The position numbers and the translations under genes were made by a program. 64,000 nt of DNA, taken from an uncultured cyanobacterium. GTDB taxonomy: Bacteria > Cyanobacteriota > Cyanobacteriia > Cyanobacteriales > CAWUOF01. Where the stretch lies: positions 3,232,001 to 3,296,000 of the forward strand of contig CAVUSO010000001.1 in NCBI GenBank assembly GCA_963744145.1. The letters are read 5' to 3'. The notes under the pieces were generated by a model. That model was not told the origin of the DNA. It was given only the letters and a program-made list of their open reading frames with translations, and did not search any database. How positions within the stretch are numbered: the stretch's first letter is position 1; every line of letters begins with the position of its first letter. Shown here in pieces: positions 43,750-52,928 of this stretch.

Positions 43750-46700
43750 ATGAACCGGAGAGCTTTAGTAGTCGGGATTAACCGATACCCTTTTATCAAA
43801 AATTTGGAAAGACCAGCTTCTGATGCAGAGGCGATCGCTCATCTCCTAGAAAATCATGGTGGCTTTCAAGTGCGTCGGTTGCCTGCTGGGATAGGAGATG
43901 ATAGATTTAACGTCAATCCTAAACCTGGTAATGGAGAAGAAAATGTTAACATCACGATATTAGAAGAAGAAATTATCAAATTGTTCGCGATCGGAGAAAC
44001 AGATTGCCCTGATCTAGCCTTGCTGTTTTTTGCTGGACACGGTTTGCGAAAACCACGAGGATTAAAAGAAGGATTTTTAGCTACTAGCGAGGCTTGTCCT
44101 AGAAAAGAAGTATATGGTTTTGCTTTAAATTCCTTACGAGATATTTTAGAAGCAAGTGAAGTTAAACAGCAAGTAATTTGGTTAGATTGTTGTCATAGTG
44201 GTAAATTTATTGATGTATTAGATAAAGCTGATCCAAGAAATGCAGGTAAAGTACGCGATCGCTGTTTTATTGCTGCTTGTAGTGCTTCAGAAACTGCTTA
44301 TGGAACTGGCGAACATGGGTTACTAACTAGCATTCTTTTACAAGGACTCGATCCGCAGGGGTGTGAAGTTAATGAGTGGATAAATAACCTTTCTTTAGCA
44401 GCGTTTGTTAACGATAATGAAGACTGGCGAAACTTTGATCAGCGTCCAGTCTTTAACAATTCGGGCGGGGAAATTCAACTCATTAAAGGAGGAAAAAGTC
44501 AGCAAAATCTAGTTGAAAATTCTTTGGTAAATCAACCCGGATGCTCGAATATTAATATAGGAACAAGGAAAATCCTTCACGTCAGTTTAAGTGAACAGGA
44601 CGAAGATTATGCTTCTGTGCGCTACTTTTGGGAGAATTCGGCTGATGGCAAAGAACATAAATTGTCTCTGGCTGAAATTAAAGATTTAGGTAATCAAGCA
44701 GAAGCTGATTTAACTCGTAGCCCTGTGGATTATGCTACTACTGGACAATTACTCTACAATTGGTTAGATCAGAGCGATCGCTTCCTAACTAATGCCTTAA
44801 ATCAGTCCGATCGGAAAGAGTTAATCATTGCGATCGCGACTGATCAAAAACTAGCAAAATTGCCTTGGGAATTGTTGCATGATGGGAATTGTTTCTTAGT
44901 AGAGAAAAGACCTGCTATTATTCCGGTGCGGTGGGTGTCTAATGGTCAACCGATCGCGATCGCTAATTCTCCGCAAAATCGACCTCTTAATTTATTATTT
45001 ATGGCGACTTCTCCTTTGGGAGTTGAACCCGAATTAGATTATGAAGCAGAAGAAGGGCAAATTTTAGAGGCAACCCAGCGTGCTTCAGTGGACTTAATAG
45101 TAGAAGAAAGTGGCTGTTTAGATGAATTGAGTTATGTGGTTCGGGAATATGAAAAAGGCTATTTTGATATTTTTCATTTAACAGGTCATACGACTACTGA
45201 GGAGAAAAAACCTTGCTTTTTGACTGAAGATGAATACGGCAACCGAGTTAATAGTAGTACCGCTGACATTTATGATGCACTGACATCCTCATTACCGCCT
45301 TTAATTTTCCTATCTGGTTGTCGAACTGGTTATTCTTCTAAAGACACAGTTCCCTCAATGGCAGAAGAATTATTAAGGATAGGAGGAACAGCAGTTTTAG
45401 GATGGGGAGAAAGAGTCCGGGATACCGATGCAACAGCGGCTGCTAGTATATTTTATCGTCTTTTGTCTCAGGGAGAAGCGATTACAGATGCACTATCTTC
45501 TACCTATCAAACACTGATTAAACAACAGTCACGCGATTGGCATCAATTACGGTTATATGTGTCAAATATCATCCCCCAGGCGTTAGTAACTCCTTTAAGA
45601 ACAAAGGGACGAAAACAATTGCCCAAACCGACGACAACAAGCCAATTTAGGGATGATGAGCAGAAGTTAAGAGTAGCGAGTAGAAAAGATTTTGTTGGTC
45701 GTCGTCGTCAGTTACAAAACTGTTTGCGAACTCTGAAGGGAGATCAGGAAAAAGTAGGTGTATTAATTCACGGGATGGGGGGATTAGGAAAAAGTAGCAT
45801 TGCCTCTCGATTGTGGGATAGACTATCTGAACATGAAAAAGTTCTATGGTGGCGACAAATTGATAACTCAAACTTAATCAAAAAGCTATCGTCTAAATTA
45901 ATTAAACCAGAGTTACGGGATATTCGTAATGATTTAAACGCTAGCGATGACAGTTTAGACATTAAACTCGCTAATTTGTTCAATCAATTAGTAGGACAGA
46001 GAGAAAAACCATTTCTCCTGATTCTTGATGATTTTGAATGGAATCTCGAAGACAATCAAGGTCGATTCATTCTCAATCCTGAAGTGAAAACAGTTTTGTC
46101 AGCCTTAGTCTGGGCTATCCAAGAAACGGGAACTAAACATCGGATTTTAATTACCTGTCGCTATGAGTTTGATTCTGAGTTATTGGAGTTTTTCTTCTCA
46201 CAAGGTCTAGAATCTTTTAGAAAATCTGAATTAACTAAAAAGCTTACCCGCTTAGAACATTTTAGTTCGGAGCGGCTCTCTGAAGATATACGCGATCGGG
46301 CGCTAAGTTTAGCCGATGGCAATCCTCGTTTACTGGAATATCTCAATGATGAAGTTTTAGGTGAACCAGATGCAGCAGCTAAATTAACAGAACTAGAACA
46401 AAGTCCCGAACTGTGGAAAAACAAAATTATTTGGTCAGACCTGTATAAGCTTATTGATGAGCCATTACAACGGGTTCTTAGCCATTGCTTAATTTATGAA
46501 ATTCCTGTACCAATGGGAGCTTTAGAAGTAGTTTGTGCTGCTCTTCCTAATTACCAACAGCAATTACATCGAGGGCAAGAGCTGGGACTCATTGAAATCA
46601 GTCCTGACGTTCAAGCAGAAAATCAAGTCTTTCGTGTCTCTCGAATTTTACCTCATATCATTCCTAATATCCGACTTCCTGAAGCACCTGAAGTTTATTC

Positions 46701-47397
46701 TTTATACAAGAAAGCTTATGAAATATTACATCAGTTATGGGGAAATCAACAAAATAGAAGTCAGGAAAAGTGGCAGGAGATTTTTCGGTTATTGTTTGCC
46801 GATCGAGAAAATCCAGAACGATTCAGACAGGGATTCTATGAGATGTTGGCAGTTCAAGGTAATTATCAAGCAGATGAAAACGCAAATATTGCCTTAGAGT
46901 CAGAACTGATACAACGGAAAGATGAATTATCAACAGAGAATCTTTGCAGTCAATTAGAGAATTATTTAAGTCAACAAGAATGGAGAAAAGCTGACGAGGA
47001 AACTGCCTGGATTTTTTATCAAATGATGGTGCAGCATGACGATGAAGGTAGGATGGTGGTATGCAAGAACATTCCCAGCGAAACCCTCAACCAGATCGAT
47101 CAGCTTTGGGTTAATAACAGTCAAGGACGTTTTGGATTCAGCATTCAAAAGCGAATCTGGGAAAGTGTGGGCGGACATCCACATGCAGATTTTGAAAAAA
47201 TATTTGAAAAATTTGGTGATAAAGTAGGATGGAGAAAAGATGGCTTCTGGTTGTCAGAGCTTACTTTTAATAATAACACCACTACTCCTTTTAGCCACCT
47301 CCCGGCCACCTCCCTTTTCCTGGTGTATGCGTGGGATGGGGTATTACTAGGAATGTGGTGGTTTTTGAGTTATCTTTTCTCGCGCAAAGACTTGTAA
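43750..47397 (+). CDS. Multidomain protein: caspase-like protease + CHAT + P-loop NTPase + C-terminal GUN4 domain
   Basis: ALVVGINRY, FFAGHG and LDCCHSG (caspase); FHLTGH and LSGCRTG (CHAT); HGMGGLGKS and LILDDFE (NTPase); WRKADEET, GRFGFSIQKRIW, FGDKVGWR and HLP (GUN4). Confidence 0.9.
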   Translation: MNRRALVVGINRYPFIKNLERPASDAEAIAHLLENHGGFQVRRLPAGIGDDRFNVNPKPGNGEENVNITILEEEIIKLFAIGETDCPDLALLFFAGHGLRKPRGLKEGFLATSEACPRKEVYGFALNSLRDILEASEVKQQVIWLDCCHSGKFIDVLDKADPRNAGKVRDRCFIAACSASETAYGTGEHGLLTSILLQGLDPQGCEVNEWINNLSLAAFVNDNEDWRNFDQRPVFNNSGGEIQLIKGGKSQQNLVENSLVNQPGCSNINIGTRKILHVSLSEQDEDYASVRYFWENSADGKEHKLSLAEIKDLGNQAEADLTRSPVDYATTGQLLYNWLDQSDRFLTNALNQSDRKELIIAIATDQKLAKLPWELLHDGNCFLVEKRPAIIPVRWVSNGQPIAIANSPQNRPLNLLFMATSPLGVEPELDYEAEEGQILEATQRASVDLIVEESGCLDELSYVVREYEKGYFDIFHLTGHTTTEEKKPCFLTEDEYGNRVNSSTADIYDALTSSLPPLIFLSGCRTGYSSKDTVPSMAEELLRIGGTAVLGWGERVRDTDATAAASIFYRLLSQGEAITDALSSTYQTLIKQQSRDWHQLRLYVSNIIPQALVTPLRTKGRKQLPKPTTTSQFRDDEQKLRVASRKDFVGRRRQLQNCLRTLKGDQEKVGVLIHGMGGLGKSSIASRLWDRLSEHEKVLWWRQIDNSNLIKKLSSKLIKPELRDIRNDLNASDDSLDIKLANLFNQLVGQREKPFLLILDDFEWNLEDNQGRFILNPEVKTVLSALVWAIQETGTKHRILITCRYEFDSELLEFFFSQGLESFRKSELTKKLTRLEHFSSERLSEDIRDRALSLADGNPRLLEYLNDEVLGEPDAAAKLTELEQSPELWKNKIIWSDLYKLIDEPLQRVLSHCLIYEIPVPMGALEVVCAALPNYQQQLHRGQELGLIEISPDVQAENQVFRVSRILPHIIPNIRLPEAPEVYSLYKKAYEILHQLWGNQQNRSQEKWQEIFRLLFADRENPERFRQGFYEMLAVQGNYQADENANIALESELIQRKDELSTENLCSQLENYLSQQEWRKADEETAWIFYQMMVQHDDEGRMVVCKNIPSETLNQIDQLWVNNSQGRFGFSIQKRIWESVGGHPHADFEKIFEKFGDKVGWRKDGFWLSELTFNNNTTTPFSHLPATSLFLVYAWDGVLLGMWWFLSYLFSRKDL

Positions 47398-47687
47398 ACT
47401 TTAAGAGATAACAATTTCAGGCCATTTGTCAAGCTTATTTTTGCTACTAATTTTTACGAAAACATCGGCTTTTTCCTAACTCAATACCTGGCACTGTTCC
47501 GTCCGTCCGTCGTTTGTCTGTTTTTGGAATATGGACAGAAGAAAGACAGAATGGCCAGGTGACCAGAACAACACAAACTAAGAATCATTAAAAAACTGTG
47601 CAGCGACCTTGGGGTCATAGCAATTAGCCATCACAAACTTTTCAGCCAGATGATGTAGTCGATCGCATTTGGTGGGATAGCTGAGGT

Positions 47688-47756
47688 GCGATCGCGTAAG
47701 TCAACATTCACTGACTGAAAATTGCGCCAATTTTTCAGAGCTATATGGGAGATCAT
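47688..47756 (-). pseudogene. 5' stub of an AAA/RecF-SMC-type ATPase gene
   Basis: MISHIALKNWRNFQSVNVDLRDR; similarity stops at a HIP1 site. Confidence 0.5.
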
Positions 47757-47852
47757 CCTGGTGTTAACCGAATAATTTTTTAAAGATTCAAACCCGCGAT
47801 CGCCCACAAGTGTCAGTCAAGAAAAAATTGACAAAAAGAACGAAGTATCTCA

Positions 47853-48190
47853 GTAGGGGCTTTCGCATTCGGGCGACAATTGAACAATCAAACTGTACCC
47901 TGAGTTTACCCTGAGCGTAGCCGAAGGGCGTAGTCGAAGGGCAGTAATATTATACCCGAATGCTTCGCCCAGTCTGCGCCGATATCTCCCAAAAAATTCT
48001 GAACTGAATGTATTTTAATATATATTTGATCTGTTGGCTGCATAGATGGTAAGGGCAAAGCATTTCGGTAATATTATACTTCCCTTCGACTACGCCCTTC
48101 GACTCCGCTCAGGGTAAACTCAGGGTAAACGTTTAAGCAATCATTTATTCGCCGAAATGCTTTGCCCCTACAATTAACTGAACCGGATTG
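47853..48190. repeat. Pair of GTAG REP-like palindromic units, each with nested CCCTGAGCGnAGnCGAAGGG inserts
   Basis: GTAGGGGCTTTCGCATTCGGG...CCCGAATGCTTCGCCC and GTAAGGGCAAAGCATTTCGG...CCGAAATGCTTTGCCCCTAC. Confidence 0.8.
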
Positions 48191-48296
48191 AATTATAGTT
48201 ACCATCGAATCATATTCAAACTCTCAATCCCGCGATCGCCTGTACTTTAAACATCAGCTCATCAACTTGCTACTGGACGCTTCCCCGCTCATACAG

Positions 48297-49753
48297 CAGG
48301 GTAAGAGCATCTCAATTAGGCTTGACACAAGGATTAAGAAGGATCTAATGTAGACTCAGAGAAACAAGAAAGGAGGATTTGGAGCATATAATTATTATCC
48401 ATAGCAGCGCGTTTACTTTTCTGGCGTAAACTGCGTTTGTAAGTTGACTCGCGATTAAGAGCGTTGAGAGCTAATCGTCTGAGCAGAGAAAAGTTACGAG
48501 GACTGTGAAAAGAACGAATGCGACAGCTATCTTCAAAAAAAGTACAATCTAAAGTCCAGTGTGCAGAATTTTCGATTTCCCAATGTTGACGAATAGCTCG
48601 ACCTATGAATTCAGCATTGTTGTCTAAAGAAGTAAGATAGTATTGAGTCTCGCAAGTAGTTTTGTTCCAAAGATGACGGATACGATGAATGATGACAATA
48701 CTTTTTAAACCTGCCCATAATTTGGGTTGGTAAAGGTCAGGAATGGCCGTAATAGGGAGCACCCAAACTTCACGAATTTCCACCCGATGATGCCCTTTCT
48801 CAATCCGTTTGTCATGAGTGAAATCAATTCCTGAAAAATTATTTTTCTGTGCAGTTTGGAAGAATTGTTGTACCTGATTATGTAAAGTTGGATGATTGGC
48901 TTTAAGTGTCAGAATATAATCAGCTTTTTTATCAATAATCTTTTGAGCAATTTCGGTTTGGGTCCCCATCGCATCAATAGTAATAATTGAGCCAGCGATA
49001 TCAAGTAACTCTAGTAATGCTGGAATAGCTGTAATTTCATTGGATTTATCTTGGACTTTCATTTGTGCTAAAACTAATCGTTGTTCACTAGCCCACGCAC
49101 TAATCAAATGTAATGCTGATTGTCCTTGATTTCGGTCATAGGAACCTCTGACAGTCTTCCCATCTATGGCAATTACTTCTCCTCCCATTTGAGTAACTAA
49201 GGTGTTTACCCAAGCTTGAAAACATTGCTCCAATTGGTTGGGGTTAATACTTTCAAATACTCGACGAAAGGTATCATCTGAGGGAATACCATTGGGTAAT
49301 TCTAAAAACTCTTCTAGCCAAATTTGTTTACTAATCCCATAATTCTCAATGTCTTCCCAGCCTTGTGCTCCAGCTATTATGACCAGAATTGCCATCACTA
49401 AAATGTCTATCAATAAGTGTTTTTTTGTTCGGTTTACTCTCGGGTCTTCAACATCTTCAAAATGCTTGACTAAACTCTGTTGTATTTCCATCAAGTCAGC
49501 TACTACTTGGTTTTTCCTAGCAGAATGGGAGTTTTGTTTAGCATTAGCTATATTGATATCGAACCCTTGAGACATTTGAATATTCCTGGAGATTATGAGT
49601 TGGACGGTATAGTTTTTCACCTACCACTCTCTATGCTCTTTTGTCAACTATTTTCTCTACCAGATTTGTGATGTTCTGATCTCGATGGCTATATTTCATA
49701 TTTGATGAAAATATTCTGTATCCTCGGTGACAAAATTAGATGCGCTAACCCTG
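48297..49753 (-). mobile_element. ISAs1-family IS, copy 2 (1457 bp), inverted relative to copy 1
   Basis: Same TIRs as copy 1; 10-bp TSD GCTCATACAG at 48287-48296 and 49754-49763. Confidence 0.94.
48334..49620 (-). CDS. ISAs1-family transposase
   Basis: Matches the copy 1 protein except for one visible A/V substitution. Confidence 0.95.
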   Translation of the reverse strand: MKNYTVQLIISRNIQMSQGFDINIANAKQNSHSARKNQVVADLMEIQQSLVKHFEDVEDPRVNRTKKHLLIDILVMAILVIIAGAQGWEDIENYGISKQIWLEEFLELPNGIPSDDTFRRVFESINPNQLEQCFQAWVNTLVTQMGGEVIAIDGKTVRGSYDRNQGQSALHLISAWASEQRLVLAQMKVQDKSNEITAIPALLELLDIAGSIITIDAMGTQTEIAQKIIDKKADYILTLKANHPTLHNQVQQFFQTAQKNNFSGIDFTHDKRIEKGHHRVEIREVWVLPITAIPDLYQPKLWAGLKSIVIIHRIRHLWNKTTCETQYYLTSLDNNAEFIGRAIRQHWEIENSAHWTLDCTFFEDSCRIRSFHSPRNFSLLRRLALNALNRESTYKRSLRQKSKRAAMDNNYMLQILLSCFSESTLDPS

Positions 49754-49799
49754 GCTCATACAGTAGAATGAGTACGCGAGTTTTGTGAAATAACCACAA

Positions 49800-49898
49800 G
49801 TTTTTGTTAGTGATTAGTCCCCAAAAATCGCATCAACACTAATCACGCTTGTCCGGAAATGAAAGAGGCGAGATACTTTCACCGCGTCTAAATTGTTG
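49800..49898 (-). pseudogene. Uma2 gene 3'-end fragment
   Basis: Near-identical to 51701-51799 and similar to the 3' end of Uma2 at 61134. Confidence 0.75.
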
Positions 49899-49945
49899 TT
49901 TGCTCAGTAAATCTTTCAGAGCGTCTATCCGGTTAATTAGTTTTG

Positions 49946-50296
49946 TTAACCTTGTCCGTTGCCTTGGTTTCGTTGTTGCAGTTGTAAATATTCCCAGATG
50001 CGTCTAATCTCGGTTCGATCTTCTGCGCCACGTTGAGCCAATTCCAGCATTAACCCAGACAAGTTTGTAACGGTAGTTGTCAATTGCTGCTGGCTATATG
50101 TTAGAGAATTTACTCGTTCAGTCAGGGAATCTATTTTTTCAGTTAGGCTCACTAACTTCTTGTCAAAAACTGAATTTTCTTCCTGAAGTACGAGAATTTC
50201 ATCAAGCAAAATATTCGTTCTTTTTCCAAACTCTGTCTCGTCCTGGGTGACTCTTTCTCTCAAAGCTGATACTTGTTCTTGTATTGAAGTTTCCAT
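49946..50296 (-). CDS. Coiled-coil hypothetical protein
   Basis: 116 aa with heptad pattern, ends EIRRIWEYL. Confidence 0.7.
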   Translation of the reverse strand: METSIQEQVSALRERVTQDETEFGKRTNILLDEILVLQEENSVFDKKLVSLTEKIDSLTERVNSLTYSQQQLTTTVTNLSGLMLELAQRGAEDRTEIRRIWEYLQLQQRNQGNGQG

Positions 50297-50575
50297 ACTG
50301 ATTAGGTGCTTAGGTTGAAATTTATTATAGTGTCTGTTGCGATCGCAGTCCTACAGGCTGATAGTCCCGTAGGCGATCCAATTCTCCCTCGCATATTTGG
50401 GATTGCTTGATTTCTTGAAAAGTGGTGATCTGGATGTTGGGGATAACTGCGTTCACGTAGTACCGTAGGTAATCGCTTGCTCCAAGTCTGCTTTGGAATT
50501 GCCATTAAAGCAAGTATCTTAATAAATCTTTGCATCGTATCTTATTTTGAACATACCCCGGCTAGACCCCTATAT

Positions 50576-51166
50576 CTATCTCTGATTTTGGCGGTTTAGA
50601 TAATCAGAGATCCCATATTCATCTGGTAGTGGAGAGCGATATCCTTCGTTTTTCATAAATGTATGAATTACATCAGCATCGGATAAACTCAGGATGTTGG
50701 ATGAAACAGCTTTGACTAAAATCCCCAAAGTTCCGGTGATTTCTATACCACATTCTTTAGCAAAATTTCTCGCTGCTTTGTCATCAGTGGCAAATACCCA
50801 AGAACGAGTGCCAGCCACTGCCATTGATTCTGACTCTCCCTTCCCAAAACGTTGTTGATACTCATTCATAAGTTGAAGTTCTACAATATCCAGTGCTGGA
50901 TTTACTCCAATACTAGGAAATTGAAGCCATCCATCATCTACTGCTTGCTTGATTATTTGTAGTTTGGTTCTACTCTGCAACAATGGCTCTCTTTGCCCAC
51001 ACTCTATGCCCGCTTGAACTTCCTGTAAAACTGCATTGCAAATAAACGCTCTACCTTTGTAACTACTTTCTAGAATATAAAAAACTTCTGCCAGTGCAAA
51101 ATTCCTCAGAACAGTAGTATCAAAAATAATTGGTACTACATCTACTTCATGCGTTTCTGATATCAT
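50576..51166 (-). CDS. PIN-domain toxin (DUF3368-like)
   Basis: IIFDTTVL, GKGESESMA, FATDDKAAR and GTLGILV. Confidence 0.85.
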   Translation of the reverse strand: MISETHEVDVVPIIFDTTVLRNFALAEVFYILESSYKGRAFICNAVLQEVQAGIECGQREPLLQSRTKLQIIKQAVDDGWLQFPSIGVNPALDIVELQLMNEYQQRFGKGESESMAVAGTRSWVFATDDKAARNFAKECGIEITGTLGILVKAVSSNILSLSDADVIHTFMKNEGYRSPLPDEYGISDYLNRQNQR

Positions 51167-51389
51167 CCAATAGCTCTAATTCATCGTTTATCCCCAAATT
51201 TAATGGAATCTTATGAACCATAAGCTGAAAACGGGCTTCTTCAATCGAAATTGCTAGTATTTCAGCCAATTTGGCCAAACTAATCTCTCCCACACAATAT
51301 GCTTCAAAAGCACATTGCTTAACTTGCCACATTAATTTATTTACTAACGGGTTCTTAAGCCTAATCTTGTTAAGTATGTCCATTTTCAA
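51147..51389 (-). CDS. UPF0175-like antitoxin
   Basis: YCVGEISLAKLAEIL...ELLDDI; upstream of and overlapping the PIN gene. Confidence 0.78.
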   Translation of the reverse strand: MKMDILNKIRLKNPLVNKLMWQVKQCAFEAYCVGEISLAKLAEILAISIEEARFQLMVHKIPLNLGINDELELLDDIRNA

Positions 51390-51700
51390 TATATTTAGAC
51401 AGGATATTTATATAACTATCATATTACAAGATTTTCATCTATCCGTTTCCTAAAATCTACTAGAGCGCCAGAAAAGTAGGGGCGAAGCATTCCGGCAGAT
51501 TTGTTATGGATCAGAACCTTTGATTCTTTGGGCTTCTTCTCGAAGACTTGGACATTTGCCTCTTCGGGCACGAACCCATCATCAGTAGGTTTCCCCAGTT
51601 TCCCTGCGATCGCTGCTACCCACAGAGGAAAAGTAGCCCGCTACGCGATTACATAAGGTACACTACGTGAAGTACGGGCGTATGGCAATACGCCCCTACT

Positions 51701-51838
51701 GTTTTTGTTAGTGATTAGTCCTCAAAAATCGCATCAATACTAATCACGCTTGTCCGGAAATGAAAGAGGTGAGATCCTTTCACCGCGTCTAAACTGTTGG
51801 ATACTTTCATAACCATTAGTACCGGGATTGCGATAAAC
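51701..51838 (-). pseudogene. Uma2 gene 3'-end fragment
   Basis: Encodes VYRNPGTNGYESIQQF..., homologous to 61134-61257. Confidence 0.75.
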
Positions 51839-51987
51839 AATGCCAAAGAGTTTTCGCCCCAATTCACTATCCGTGGGAAAATCTGGTGGGCATGAGTGTG
51901 ACCGGGAACACCATCGAAGGGTTGTTCTTTGACTTTTTTCTAGTCCGTTGAACTTACCTTAAATTTATTAAACCAAGGCTGAAAAAA

Positions 51988-52890
51988 ATGTTGGGATTAA
52001 TATTTGGTAATTTAATCAAAAAAATGCAAAATAGTACGATGAAAGTTTCGCAGGATTTTGTCAAATCTTCTGGACAAGAAATAGAGCGATTATTTGATGA
52101 AAAACTATATCCATTGGCAGATAAATTAGATTATATAGCTCAAAAACGGCTGGAGGAGTCTGCCCAAGAAATAGAAGCTTTAGAGATAAAAACAAAAGCA
52201 GATATAGAAATAATTCTAAATACAGCAAGTGACAAGATTAGGGAGAATCTTCGAGAAATTGATTTGATTAGACAAGAAACAATTAAAAGTGTCCAAAAAA
52301 CCTCTGGTGAAATAGATACCTATTTAGAAAATCGAATTAACCAAATGTCTTTAGCGGTAATGGAAGCTCTCCAATATACCCAATTAAGTACAAGTCAAAT
52401 GTTGAGCCAAATTAATCAATTGGAAGATCAGATATTTCAAGATGGTAATGATTTAATCGATCGAGTGGAAGAAGTTATCGATAAAACACTCGAACAAGTT
52501 AGGATGGAATTAAAGCGGTATTTAGGTAATAGCTTACCTGGAGTTTTTGATCAATGCAAACGACGGCTAAATTTACAATGGAAGTCAGCTCATAAAATTT
52601 CTGATATAGAACTTTATCGTCTAGCAGAATGCTATGAATTGAGTAAGTTAAATGAAAATACCCCTATTCACAAAATAGAAGAAATTTATGGTCAATTACA
52701 ACTGAACGCAGCGCGAATGGCAGTTTTAGTGAAAACTGCTCCTGCTTTGAAAAAAATCGCCGTAGCCGACTGGATAAAATATGGTATACTGGCGCAGTTT
52801 TGGAGTGATACAAAAGAATTCTATGAGTTTAAGTTTCCCATGTTAGAAGATAAAAATAATGAGCAATTAATCAAAGGTATGGAAAATTAG
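51988..52890 (+). CDS. Helical/coiled-coil hypothetical protein
   Basis: 300-aa amphipathic helical ORF, operonic with the GUN4 gene. Confidence 0.75.
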   Translation: MLGLIFGNLIKKMQNSTMKVSQDFVKSSGQEIERLFDEKLYPLADKLDYIAQKRLEESAQEIEALEIKTKADIEIILNTASDKIRENLREIDLIRQETIKSVQKTSGEIDTYLENRINQMSLAVMEALQYTQLSTSQMLSQINQLEDQIFQDGNDLIDRVEEVIDKTLEQVRMELKRYLGNSLPGVFDQCKRRLNLQWKSAHKISDIELYRLAECYELSKLNENTPIHKIEEIYGQLQLNAARMAVLVKTAPALKKIAVADWIKYGILAQFWSDTKEFYEFKFPMLEDKNNEQLIKGMEN

Positions 52891-52928
52891 TAAAATATTT
52901 ACAACAGGAATTAACAGGAAAAAAGATC

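Noticed and set aside
28436..49753. Composite transposon bounded by the two ISAs1 copies
   Set aside because: Each copy has its own TSD and the outer flanks do not match
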